Shown one piece after another: positions 1-14,100 of a stretch of 64,000 nucleotides of DNA. The notes beneath the pieces were generated by a model. The model was not told the DNA's origin and did not search any database. It saw only the letters and a program-made list of their open reading frames with translations. The position numbers and the translations under genes are program-made. Source of the DNA: Balanoglossus misakiensis (lineage: Eukaryota; Animalia; Hemichordata); NCBI GenBank assembly GCA_040954595.2, contig CM082576.2:8869129-8933128 (forward strand), read 5' to 3'. Numbering within the stretch: the stretch's first letter is position 1; every line of letters begins with the position of its first letter.

Positions 1-367
1 GATGCCAACGTATCACGTAGACTGGAATATTATCAAGTTTGTCAAATATGGAACACAATACAAAGTTTACGCTCGTAAAAACATGAAATGTAGGGTGTAT
101 ACTGTACACTGCAGTGAGTGTACACACTGAGACGGCTGAGAAAAAAAAATCAAAACTACATCAACACGTCTTACTGTGACAGCAGGGCCGACGCCTACAC
201 ATTATCAGATAAAAACATGTTAAAATGTGCAGAAGGCCATGAAATTTGATTAAGATTTTGTTAAATACCTTATGTGTTTCTGTTACTGTCTGTAAAGTCG
301 AAATGTTCACCAAATTTACGGATCCCGGAACAGCTTCGCCGAGCGAAAATCCAAAATGGCTTCAGAA

Positions 368-492
368 TGACGTCACGGGGAAACTCCTACCTGTCGATAT
401 CAGTGTCAGCTACAAGGTGTACGATTGGTCTAGAATAGCTATCGCGTTGCTTTCAAACACTCTAGTCCAATCAGACAATGTCTTAGTCCAAT
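368..492. promoter_or_regulatory. Putative promoter region upstream of ZNF106 (CRE and CCAAT boxes)
   Basis: Perfect CRE palindrome TGACGTCA at 368-375, ATTGG at ~424-428 and CCAAT at ~468 and ~488. A YY1-like CAACATGGCGG lies at ~697-707, in the presumed first non-coding exon. Motif-only evidence. Confidence 0.45.
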
Positions 493-2101
493 GTTGTGTA
501 TCATAATATCGACTCCAGATTTCTTCTAGTAAGTTAAATTTCGAAAAAAAATCTGAATCAAAAGTGTCCATATAGATAAATGCTAAAACAATTAATGCTC
601 GAAATATTTTAAATGACTAGTGATGATATTTTTTATATTTTTGCAAAAGAGATCTTCCAAGCAAAGACCAGAATTCCAAGCGTGACCGTGTTTCCCCAAC
701 ATGGCGGATTTCATTGATTCAAGAAGTTGTCGACCGCTACTGAGGTGAAGTCGTTGTTGTTCGCACATCTACCTGTGATTGAACGTGGGTATTGCACGTC
801 TTCGTCTTATGCAAGGTTAGTGGCACAGATTTCCGAAATATGTTGAGCGCAACCACGCTCGACAATGATACTTTGCGACAATTTGCTACTGTGCAACTTG
901 TTGGAATGTTTATAGATCATAATCAACGATTCTAATGTTTACATGTTCTTTGGAGGCAGGGGCTATGTAATTAAGCAGTCAAGATCCGAACGTACGCTCT
1001 GGGTCTGAATTATAAAAAAGTGTTACATTTTGGGAGCTGTGGTCGATTTTAAAGTGCGTGGCTCGATCGCCGCATAATTCTGCAAGTGTTACATTACTCG
1101 TGTACATACGGTGTGTACAGTACATGTGTACACAAGTCGTTACACGGTGTACAAATGTATTTCTTGTCACCATTTAGCAAGACGACATACGGGGGCATTA
1201 TTGATTGGAAAATGTGTTTTCAACTCCGTCTAGTAGTCACATTGACCTTAAATTACGATTCCGCCAGGTCACGATTTCTTTTCAGTAAATTTCTAATGGC
1301 CATAAAATTGACAGTTAAAAGTCTGGTTTTAGTGTAAATGGGGAATGAACGTGCTGAGACATGCTAAGGTCATCCAGGCTGCACAAACCCCCACCGTTGT
1401 GTTTTTATGGGTTCGGTAAGATTAATTAAAAATAACTATTTTTAACTTTTTTATAATGTTGAAATCATATACCATTTGTTATGCACAGCTTACATGTATT
1501 TAGACCTGAGAAAAGTTAGACAGCATTATTACAACATATGTTTTATTGGGTTAAAACTTACAAAAAAATCCCCGGGGCAGTCTGAACAATAGTTTAAATA
1601 ACTTTATTTTTTATGACAGTAATCATGAAAATTAAGAACATTGCTTTTCCTACTGATAAATCGGTATTTTACTGTATAAAGTATTCAAGATTTTTTAACT
1701 GCTGTAACTGTCATTGACATTGTGGACCTGATTTTTGAATTTTGGCGCATTGGCAAAAGGCCAAAATTGTAATCTTTTGTGTTTGTTGTACGCTTATTCA
1801 CGTCAGTTCATCCATTCAAAGTGTCCACACACTCTTCAGTCACTGCAACGAATAAAATACTTCACTGTGCTGATAACCTGAAAGTTATCAGTTTTGTGGT
1901 TTAATATATGCTGTCTCGTGCAGGTAAACACGCTTTTTTTTGCTTTTTGAACATTGTTTGGAATGAGGCCAAGGTGTGCCTTTACTGGTTCTTATAGAAA
2001 GAGAGATCAGCAGCCAAACTGATGGTGTGTTTTCCATTGCCACTAAATCGTCATTTTTGTAACCTATTTACAGAATTTAATCGGCCAAAGCAGATGAAAC
2101 C

Positions 2102-5100
2102 ATGAGTGAAAAGGCATCCAGCGACAGAGGCAAGGAAGTGGGTACAGCAAACGAGGCAAAACATGGCGAATTCTTTTGTGAACAGTGTAATCTTGACTAT
2201 TTTACAAGAGCGCAGTTTGAAGAGCATGACTGGTCACTGCTCCACCACCAGAAACTGGAAAGGCAACATGCCAACAGGTAGATCTCTTTTTATGTGGTGT
2301 TCTTCATTTTCTCTGATAGGGTGATATCAGTGTTTGCCGTTGCATACCATGCAATCAATTTTTAAGGGCTAATTTGTCATGCCTGCTTGAACTGTGTGGA
2401 AAATAAAAGAAAAACGTGAACATTTTTATAGCTGCAAATTTTGAAAATCGTTGACTGTTGAATAGTATTAAAAAAGATAAATTATAATAGCACATTGTCA
2501 TGCAGCGTTCTGTCCAGGAATTTCTGATACAGTATAAACAAATTTGCATAACAATAAAATCAATTGTTATGATAACAAGTTTCTGTTGTTTTCTCCAAAG
2601 GGTACCCATCTACACTATTTAATTGTTCTGGGGAGGTCACTTCCATTTCATTATGGCCAATATAGCATAATAAAGAAATCAATTGACCAAAGTTTACCAA
2701 ATGCTGTATCTGTAAGTTGCAAATTCTTTCTTCATATCATGGTAACAAAGCTTTTCTTCTTTTTTCAGGGATTTTGTACATATTTGCAGTTTGTGCCACT
2801 TTAGTTGTACAGGATTGTCGGCCTACAGCAAGCACCTTATTTCAGATCAACATAGACAAACCCTTGACCAACGAAGGAAACAGAACTGGTCAGAGAGACA
2901 CACTGAACCATCAGATTTTGGTATCCAGAAGTAAGTATTTCAACTGTGTGTAATTCAAAGAGTCATTTGCTGTTCCTGCACTTTACTCTTTTGCTTTAAT
3001 TATACACATCCATTCTTTCATTATCACTTTCAGAGGGGGACCAGTGACAAGCCAAAGCCAAAATGCCCAACAATATGACCCTGGTCTTCAAACAAACTGG
3101 AGTTATGACAATTATGGGAACAAACAACGGAGTTTTACAGATCACGATCTTCACAATTCATCGCTCTACCATTCATTCACATGCAGTGATGTAAACCGTC
3201 CCACACATGGTGATGTGTTCAATACATCTTACACGAACCAGCAGCCACAGTACAACTACAGCTTTTCCAGGCCTCAATCTGCACCCGGATTCCATCAGGG
3301 AGAGTTCTACCGGCAAGACAGACCCTTCTCACCGCAAGGGTCCTCCAGAAATAATCCCGATTTCAAAAGGAGAAATCCCGGCCCGTATCAGAAATACTCA
3401 TCAAACACACGAAATTATCCGAGGAATGCTCCGCCTCAAAGTAGGGAGGAGCCCTCCAGGTCAAGTTCACCTGTATTTGGTAGAATACAGTGTCAATCTG
3501 ACCGAAGAGCTGATGGGAATCTAGGGAATCACAAGAGATCATCGTCGGTGAGTTCGTTTAAGAGTAGTGCAAGGGAAACAGGGTCATTGCCACAAGACAG
3601 ACCCAGAGAACTGATGTCGTCAGTGGGGAAAAGTGACCTTCACAGAAAAAGTTCCTCGTTAGGGGCGGTGTCCGTCAAAGGACTCGGTTCGTCAAAGTCA
3701 AGTAACGCTAAACCCAGCTCCTACAAGTCGAAGGCATTGAAAGACAAAGTGGAAACAGGTCAACAGATGTCAGGCAGCAGAACTGTTTCAAAGACTGATT
3801 CCGCGACTGCACCGAGTCGATCAGGGAATGAAAGGGGAGCCTCAGCCAAGGGAGACAACAGCGAAGTCCGGAAATCCAGGTTGGACAGCAGCAGCGCCGT
3901 TCAGCGAATGCACGACGCGAAGGCTAAAAAGGAGGAGCTGAGAAAGAACCAAGCGAACATCACCGAGCTGAAGCAGAGAATAGCCAGGGGCAACGCCGCG
4001 CGGAGCCAAAAACATTTGGAGGAGATGGACAGAAGTTTGAAAACTGTGTACAGCAGAGAGCTGGGCAAAGTGCAGAGGCCCGAAAGGCAGGAGTCGCCCG
4101 AACTCCGTGCGCAGTCTCTGCCTGCACAGATAAGAGTGGATTATTCGAGAAATTCAAGCGTCCTGCTTGACAGCGAATTTGATTCCCCGAGTGCTCACTC
4201 TTCAAGGCGTGCAGAGTTTGAGAGGAAATATGGTGATTTGGACACGCCAGTCGACAGCCCTGTCCTGATGCCTGGAAAGTCCCGCCTGGGAGCTCAGTGT
4301 GAAACTACAGAAGTGCATCACGATAGAATTGACTGGAGCGGGGTTCGGCATGGTCTTGAGTATGATTATCCACGTTCAATGGACCGGGTCGCCGCGGATT
4401 TTGATGGGCTACAGCAGAACATCCGCAGTGAACTACGTGAAAGTGGCACCCGCATTTCGCAATCAGAGACAGGCGCTCAAAACCATAAACCTACAAGTTC
4501 AGCTCCAAAAAGCAAGAGGTATGTTAGAGCCGATTCATGTCCGCAGGGCTCAATCGCGGATAAAAATCACCGATCAGAAGTTAGCGACAAAAGCACAGAG
4601 GCATCAAATGCAACATCGCAACAGTATCAAAGATCAAAGAGCAGCGAACTCCCATCTAGCGACAGCGGCAGAGAGGACCACCACTCAGAAGGCAACGATC
4701 TCGACCAACTCAGCTTGCCCCCGAGTCTGCAAAAGGACCTGTCGAAACACATAGCAGCCACGAACATCGCCCGGAGCGAGGGCATCGCGCAGCCCAACCT
4801 GGGCCAGGCCCGCAGTCGCCTGCATATCGGACAGAGGCCGCAGGGTGGCGAGTCGCACGACGTCGGACTGAAGCAAAGACTTCTGCAGCTGATGAGCTCG
4901 CCGCATTCGAAACACAGGCAGGAGAAGCAGTTTGAGAGACTCAAGCAGCACGTGCAGGCCAAGAAACCGGCTTCCAGACTGCCAAGGTTCGGTCTACAGC
5001 TGTTGCCGTCACACATGACACTGCCCTTGTTGATGGCAGATGCATCATTCAGCCAGGATGAAGCGGATCATAGCCAGGGTGAAGGCATGCACATGTCGGA

Positions 5101-8100
5101 TCTCGACTGCAGATCCCCAAGTCCAAGTAGTGTCGTTGGAACCAAGAGATCACATTCAGACATGGTAAAAGTATCCTCAGAGATGTCATTGAATCAAGAA
5201 TGTGTTATTTTGTGAACTTTCTAATCTGTGCCTTTGTTTTGGCAATGTCACCAAACTGAATACTTTTATAAATGTACTTGTACCGGTTCATGTAGTCAGC
5301 ATTAGACATGTATATGATGAAATTTGATGATTCTCTTAGTTAGTCCAGATCTAGTACAGGTGTTTTGGTTTTCAGGGTGTTTATAATATCTCCTGGTAAT
5401 TTAAAATATATCTGTTCGTCTTTTCCTCTCTCCTCAAGCAGGACACCAGGAACACAGAAAATGTCGTCCCCGAAAAGGAAAAAGAACCCAAGCGTCGAAA
5501 AGTGAAAAAGGAGCGGTTGAGTCCGTCGCTGGAGGAAGTGAGAGTGAGCTCTCCCAATGTGGACGTTGACACCCTGTACCAGATATCACTGAAGGAAGAA
5601 GAGTTGCTGAACAGCATGGCCGCACTGAATGCGAGTGTGGCCAAAATGAAAGATTTCATTCAGAAAAAGATGGAAGAACTACAGAAGATTGAAGCTGTGA
5701 GAGACAAAGTAAGTGGCCTTGTTGTTAAGCACTAGTTTACCTATGACATAGTGGTTGTTATTTCCTTAATTATGGACAAAGTCTTTGGGAATCATATTCC
5801 TCTACTATGCGTTTTTCTTCCGTTTATAACAGGCATCTGAAGAAATGGCTTCCCTGAGAAGGCGGAGAATGAGTATCTTGAAAGGTAACTGCAAAATTTA
5901 TTGGAAATCTGCATCTGAGTTTTATTGCTTCTATAATGAGAACCGACTTGCAAAGAAGAGTGTCTATAAAGTCTGAATATACAATGTTTCCTGTATTTGA
6001 CTGAGATAATGGACTGTGCTCTGGCATCATCAGAATTAGGCAATGTTGTCACACAAAAAGCGGAGAACAACAAATTTTGACATGTACATTTGTAACAATG
6101 TATGTGAATGAGTTTCCATCATCTCTGTCTAAGTTTTCCGATAACTCTATAAACTATACACACAGTAGGCATTCAGTAGGGGTACAGCCTTTCCCCGAGA
6201 ATTGCTACTTTGAAAGGCTTGGTTTCTTGCCTTGGGATTGTGATTTCAATATTGTGACTGTCAGTGCCCAAATGTGTTTTTTATTGCACTAGGTGCTGTT
6301 TCACAAGGGAGGACGAGCACGAGTGTCCCTGGCACAGAGGTGCAGGAAGAGCAGACGCAAGTCGATACACACGCCGCGGCTGCCATAGAATCTGAAAACG
6401 TGACTCCCCAAAGTAGCTGTCAGACAGAACAGAGCCAACAACAGGAGCCTGTGGTGGTCAAGACAGAGCCAGTTGGTGATGGCTACGAAGCTGCCAATGA
6501 GTCCCAACATACACCACCACAACAGCAACCACCAACACCACCCCTTGATGTGGAACATCCGTCCGCCATCATTGAACAGTTGGTGAAGAATCCGCAACAG
6601 TTCCAATTCCAGGAAGTTTACTCCAGCCGCCAAGCTGCCGCGCGATCGACCGCTGAAGGATCCTCTAACAGGCAAACACTGGCAGCTCCTGTCGAACAGG
6701 CACACCCTGAAAGCCAGAAAAGCCAAAGGGGTGGTGGAACGAAGGAAAGCAGCAGGAAGAAAAACGCTGATAAACCCGTTAAGGCCAGTGACCGTAGAGA
6801 CAAGACTCAAGAGGCAGTCGCAGCTGACAAGACCTCGCCGATGAGCGATGACGAAACTCCTCCACACCTGAGGAGTCTGGAGGCCCTGCAGAACTCCACG
6901 TCTCTGGACGTCAGCACCATCAGTGCCAGCTCCAGCACCCTCCGGCAGTTGGCCAGCAACTTCCTGGAGCTGAAGAACGCCTCCATGCTGCTTCTGCAAG
7001 AGGAGTCGGCGGCCAAGGAGAAGAAGAAGGCTGCTCAGTCAGCCCCGGCGGAGCCGAGCGGCGAGGGATTGAAAAAAGTGAAGACGGAAGAAGTGGGAGC
7101 GGACGCCGTGGAACACATGGAGTTGTGCACAACGGTGACATCCTCCCAGGAAGGAGGAGGGACCGGGAGTTCGGGCCAGAAAACAACACAAGAAGGCAAA
7201 GAGTATGTGGAAGGATTACATGCAAAAAGAGGTCAGTATGTACGCAGCGCAGCCTTTCAAGCGGTCATCGAGAGCATCATGCAAGACAGTGATGTAGAAT
7301 TTCTGGGCGAGTACAGGGACAGTAATCCTCCGAGCTCCGGTTCGTCTGACCCCCAGGAGGAGGCATCCCCCGCATGGGTGACCCCACTCTCAAAGGACGT
7401 GAGGTCCGTTGTCAAAGACAGATACAAGAATCCATTCAGCAAGAAGCCCGTAAAGGAACACGGGGAGGTGGACCGAGGCCTAGAGATGAACGAGCAGGAC
7501 GATTCGGTCCACGTGAACGTCCGCGATTACCGCAGCTGCGGGAACTCTCAAGTGGCTGCGGTGACCGCGAAGAAGGGGGTCACAAGCAGCAGCGAAGTCG
7601 GCGCAAATCGCCAAGGTGACAATGCCGCCAAGTCCAGTGGCAAGTGCAAGAATAGTCAAGAAGGCAAGAAAGTCAAAAAGAAGAAGAAACCAAAGCCTCC
7701 AAGTGAAGAGCAGGAACACGACTCGGACACTGACGAGTCGCCGAGACTCCTCGTCAAACAGAAAGCAAAAAAGAAACCTAAGACCAAAGCAAAGTCAAAG
7801 GCATCGGGCGATAGGCGAAGCCGCGTTGCAACTGAGGACTCGATCATGACTCTGGCACCTCCCTTACCCCAGGCAAGAAGACGCCGTCAGCTGAAAATGG
7901 TCAATCCCGACGAGCTCATTCTGCCCCTGCACAGTTACGAAGACAGCGATCCCCAGCCGTCGACCTCGTACAAACTCTGCCGAATGCCGAGCGAGGAGGC
8001 GGTGGGGGAGGAGGGGGAGCAAGATACGTTGGACACAGAAGTTGCGGAAGTCCCCCCGATGGAGCTGTCAGACCTACAAGTCAGCGAGATCTATCCCGAA

Positions 8101-11100
8101 ATGCCGTCCAGCGTTTCAGGGGCAGGCGAGTCGGCCTCGTTCTCCGCCACGGGGGAGAAGGGGGAGGGGGACTCTGTTGATGTCCTCGAAGTCCTGTCCT
8201 ACGACGAGGAGCCGATGGCCACGGGGGACAGTCTGGAGAGTTTTATCAATTTTGCGGAAAGTCTGGAGAGGATGAACAGTTCGAAAAGCTTGCCAATCAG
8301 TACTGACGTAGTGTCATCTACCAGTGAGGTGGACCTGACGAGGGGTGGTTCCCCGACTGAGGAAGAAACTACTCGTGGGACTACAAATTACTCGCCGTCC
8401 AGATTCTCAGTGTAAGTACATGCTCCCAGTACCATGAGTTAGTACTACTCAGTTATCTTATGCCGTCCTTTGGGGGAGAGACCAGTTATATGCAATTTTT
8501 TCAAAGCTAACACAATAGTTGTTCCAACATGGTAATAATGTGGATACAAAAACTTGGATTGATGTGTATCACAAAAAAAACGTAAAAGGTAAGATTTTAG
8601 TGGAAGAAGTGTAGGAATAGGTAGACTTGGTGGTTTACAAATTATGGAGTCTTCATGCTATCAAATCAACCAGCAAAAGAGGATCAAATATGTAGGTACA
8701 TGTGGGTGTCAGGTACATATGAACCTGTAAAAATAACCCCCCCCCCCCCCTTCTCCCCCAATGTCTGATTGTCTTTACATTTCAACATTAGGAATACTTT
8801 TGAAGTATCCCCTGCAATCAGAGAAAAAATAAGACAGATGTGGTTGGGCCACTCCCAGAAATGCTTACCGTCCAGGAAAGACACAACGGACAAAAGCATC
8901 AGCGAGTCGACCGCCACTACTCCTCAAGGATTGTCTGCGGGAAGTGATGCGGTCCGCCCGCGCGTCCAGACCGCAGTCGTATCTCACCAATTCCGGCCGG
9001 GCAAGTCTCCCGCTGAAATCGCCAAGTGGAAACGCCCGAAGAAAAGTGCGAACAGCGAAAGCCGCAAAAAGAAAAAGAAAGTCAAAGCACAGGTCAATTT
9101 AGGTCTCTTCAAAAGTTTCCACCAGGACACCATCACAGACTTGGAAGTATTGAGTCACCATGTGTTTTCGTCGTCAGCTGACAGAACCATCAGAAAATGG
9201 AATATAGTGGTAAGGGACATTTATCACTTCACATTAAAAAGAATTAAATGATTACAGTACATTCTAAGACTGGAATAATTGATGTTATTTCAAATCGTAG
9301 ACTTTCTGTTTGTCACGTAACAGAATTACTCTTGCCAAGTTAATCATTATGCAAATTTTCCCACCAAAGGGGAAGTTCTACAACAGATATTGATGCTTGC
9401 ACGCATCAGTTTGAATAATGATTTCTTATACTTCTAGACAGGAGAGTGTGCCACGAGATATAAACACCACAGTAAGAATGGAGCAGATGGAATATTGTAT
9501 AGCAACAGCATCGGGCTTGTGTCTTTTACCAGAGGTGATCACACCTTACAAGTCTTTGTAAGTGGAAAGTGTTACTTGTCTAGTAGCCTATTGCGACTGT
9601 AATCAGTCAAGTCTCCTGGGATCTCGCAGAAAATCACCTATTATAGGCTATTTCTCTTTAATTTTGGGAAAACAGAAATTGCTTGTTGTAACAACTACAT
9701 TGTTTACTTGAGCACTGCAAATCAGGCAACTGTATCGTTCAGAAATTGTTGTGAAGGAGACACCAGACATGACTTTTAATTTGATATGGTGCTTTGTGTG
9801 TGTTTACTTCCTCTGTACAAAGATGTAGATTGTATTGCAGTCACACTACTTCTAGGCCTGGGGGACTTGTCCACTCATCTTTCCGACATTTTAATGCAGG
9901 TGTTGGTTTTTGTGGTACACATTGATTTACAGGGAAAAACCGGCATGGAGAAAGTGAAGGTTCCGAACAAAGTCAGTTGCATGTGTTATCACTATGGACT
10001 GTTTATTGGATCCACCAGTGGTATTGTTTACTACTATGAGGTAAAAACCTGTCATTTGAATGATTCGTCGTTTCCTATGGTAACGTTGGACCTCTAAAGA
10101 GAGGAACTGGGGGTGAAAGGGTTAACATTTGATGCTTCTTTGCGCAAGAGCATCCCTGACTTTGTTTTCTGCTGCCACAGCATTACATTGTAACAATAGA
10201 ACCTCTCATGGCACAAGTTCATAGCCTTGCTGAGAGTCTAAAGTCATTCAGGGACTAACTATGCAGAAAGATCCTGCTTGCTCTTATCAAACTCAGTATT
10301 ATTCCCTGCACATTATTCATACTGTGCGTAAAATTCTGATATGTGTTTCAATGTTTTTTTGCTTCGACAGACCAGTGAGTTTAAGCAGAGTTTCAACGTG
10401 TGCAGTCCGCACGCAGTGACGAGCATAATCACGGCAAATATGAACCGCACAGGAAACTACCTCTTGGTAGGCTCTGGCAATTCGGACATCACAGTGCACA
10501 ACATAGAAAATCTGGTCAAGCTCTTCACTTTAGGTGGACACACCAATGCCGTAGTCTGCATGAAGGTAAATTTTCTAGATTTTGCTTCTGAAGGTTGTTT
10601 GCAGTGACGTTAAAATGGACAGTAGCTGTAAATTATAGACAGTTTTCCATCAGAACCCATCTGTGTGTTTGATTGTCTGAGCAAAGAAAACCTTTCCCAG
10701 TTTTTGCTTTTTCTTTTTTTTTTGCTTCATTTTTTTTCTGTCCACTTTACAAAAATGTTTTCATACATCAGAGCTGAAAGTTGAGGGTTCTCCCCATCCA
10801 TCGCCACCCCCCCCCCCCCCCAAATACTGATGGCTTTGCTTCTCGCTTCTTTATCACAACAGGTGATGAACTATGTGGTGTATAGTGGATCTGCCGATAC
10901 CTTTGTATTGGCACACAATATACGTGTAAGTTTACCACAGACACAGTAGTGCCTCTTGCTTCACTAATCTGGAGAAGCCCCCCTTGGGTCAAGGGTCATA
11001 CTTCACATCACTAAGAGCTGGGTCATTACTGTGCCTGCAGTAAATCTTCCAACCCAGCCTCAACATTGTGCATGTATTATAAACTAATCCACTTTTTGTA

Positions 11101-14100
11101 GTGCAACATTTAACCTTTGACCTTACTTTTTACCTCATTTGGTGACTGTTATAAAATGAACATGTATGTCTGGTGATATTTTTTCCCAAAGTGTAAGTAC
11201 ATCCCTTCGTTCACAATATCTTCCTTGTTCTTCTGTCAAACATGTTAATCTGTGTATGTATTTTCACAAAAACTGTGATGTCACAAATGTCTCTCTGAAC
11301 AATCTCTCTTGGGGATCCGATGCAAAGTTTCACACACACGCAAATGTCCTCTATGCTTGTTCTTAGTACCACTGAAGTGTACCGGTAACAGCAGTCCAAA
11401 TCAAGGGTGTTGACATACACACACAACACAACAATTCTGCACACCCTTCTCTCTGCTATGATTTCTCATGTACATTTGTGACATCACATCTTGGATAAGA
11501 AATAACAATTATAAAGACCTTTATTTTTTCCCCTCCCCATAACCTTATTATTTAAATACCCTATTCAATGTCTTCCACTGAGATTAATTATGTTCACTTA
11601 ACTTTATGTTCGTGTTTTTTGTTTTGTAATCTATTTGATAAAACAGGAGATGTGAAATGTGTCAAATTTACGTCTTTACAGGGAGTTTTAATGTTTGATT
11701 TTATTGTTCTCAAAAGAAATCAAGATTCTTTATTTTCCGTTGTAGACTGGTGAACAAGTTGGACGTTTTGGTGGCCACGAGGGGGCAGTCACCGATTTTT
11801 GCCTGTCGCACAAACGAAACACTAAACTTGTCACAGCATGCTTGGACAAATTCATCCGGGTGTTTGATCTCACGGTGAGATTTGTGTTCAGATGTGTTTC
11901 TCCATAAGTGTCTTTTTTGGCCAGCATATTACATGTATATGATTGATAGATTAAAGTCTGTTTTATTTGCCTTACATATGTAATATCGATCATGCTGCTT
12001 TGAGATTTCTGTCAATTTATTAATTACAGAGTGCAGGAAAGATAACAGAACCAGCCTGTATATGAATAGGAAACATATCTAGAAAGCTGTTAACTATTAT
12101 TTCATGCGTCAGTGTCAGAGATCAGTAATTTACAAGAATTGTTAAAGGAAAGCTCCTACAAATATATATTTTGATTTCTCTCTCAGAACCAGACATGTCT
12201 TCATAAATTTGGTGGCTTTCCCTCGATAGCGAAGAGTATTGTCACTCTAAAATACACGAACCAACTCTTGGTAAGTTTTACCGGTAACCCTTTACAAGTC
12301 ATTCATTGTGTTTGTTGGATTGCGTCAAGGTTCATTGTAGTCAAATGTCATCTTTCACCACGAGTTGCTCACATTTTGTCACAAAATCATAGTACACTGT
12401 ATTCACTTTGTGTGCTTCCAGTGAATGTGAGCATTTCTCAGTCTATACTATAGGCTCGTTAATTTGTGTACAAGAATGTTACTTGACTTTTAACCTGTTC
12501 ACATACTTTTGATTATTCAGTGTTTCAATTTCAAGTTCATAGTCGTAGAGTTTTGTCAGAAAGGAGCCTAGAGCATCATAAACTTCATTCAATATTATTT
12601 CTTAGACCCAGCTGACTTTCAGGGGGGAGGAACCATTTAGATTTTTACATCTAAAGTAACGGTATATCAAAAATATAGAGACTTGTTGTGTGGAGTGTCG
12701 TCTGGCAGAAGGCACGACGGTCAGTGGTTCTCATTCTCGGGCGCCTTGACAAAAGTCCTTCTTGCAGAGGTCCCAGCTGCGTACAGTGTCACCACCAACT
12801 TGTCGCCGTCCAGTTCGTACACACTGGCTGGATCGTCGGGTCTCCCCGCGATGGGCCGAACCTGCAGCTTCTTTCCCCCGCCCACCCAGCTGGTCTTGTT
12901 GCGCACTTTCTTTCCTGAGATCGTGGGCAGCTCGTACGTCTCGCCCACTTTGAAGGAGGCCTCCACCGTGCCCGTGTGCTGGCAGACGTTCTTGATGTAG
13001 AAGTAGTCGCCGTGCTGTCTGATTTCGATGACCGGGGTGTCGTCCAGTATTTTGTCGATGGCCGCGTCTTCGAGGCCCATGGCCTCGTAGAGCAAGTCCA
13101 GGTCTTCGGACGACTCGGCCGCCCACACACCAGCGAACTTTGGTGCCATTTTGCCGCCCGACTCCATTGACCTACACGTGAGACATTGACAGGGTTTTTA
13201 AGTTTTAGTTTCATGTTTTAGTTTTAGTTTTCACCAAGTGATCATTCTTTATTAATTCTGGGTACTGATTCAGGTCTTCTAAATTATATCCGCTGCCCAG
13301 AATCATGTTTAAAAGAGGAAATAACATTATCCCCAAATGGGTGGGGACTGTTATAAACCGTTTCAATATCAGGTCATCCCTACCAATTCAACGGAGATAG
13401 TGGGTAAAAGGTCAGTCAGGACATTGTTCTCAAAAACCAATACTGCAATCAGTTCTTGGGTGAATGATTAGATAACCACAATGCCACATGTAGTCAGCGC
13501 TGAACGCTGCATTTACCGGTAGTCATGGGGGTAAAGTTCAGCTATCTACAATTCACGATTATTTTTCAAAAAGAGTGTATGATTGTGTATATCATGTAAA
13601 AATGAAAACCAAATTGGGAAATTTTGTTCCGGTCAAGTTTTTAAAACTAACATTTTCATTCAGGTGTAAATGAATTTTGGAAAAGATTGTTGGTTAAGTA
13701 CACATTCGCACCTCAATTCCCTCGCGCCCACACAACTGCCAGCAATGTTTATAATGACTCTCACAAGCCTCCTTGTACTGTGTGGCCAACACTCCAAAGT
13801 TCTCTGATTTTATAGTATGCAAGATATCAGATTTCTCACCTGTGTCTAAAAATTACGTTGACATGCAGTGGTGACTCCCAGCTGATAGGTTGGCAGTTGA
13901 ACTCCGCAGTGTGTTGTTGAGGACAAGCATAGGTTAGCTGATGTGCTTATCGAATGATTTCTTTTTTTTTTCAAATGGATGTGTTCTGTGAATTATTGAC
14001 AGATGGCAAGCCAGCTACCAATGATCAGATTATGAGTGTATCAGGCAAAGCTTGCCTATTCAGGTATTCTGGGGTTAATGTGTAACCCTGTCTGGAGTGG

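Noticed and set aside
136-350. Possible first exons of a divergent minus-strand gene (donor near 267, 20-nt microexon 194-175)
   Set aside because: No recognisable coding signal, the implied intron of 39 nt is too short, and the window edge prevents testing.
6301-6999. 232-aa antisense ORF (and similar ones at 59456-60196 and 60299-60877)
   Set aside because: These are shadow ORFs opposite GC-rich coding exons of ZNF106 and Prox, with no independent motifs.
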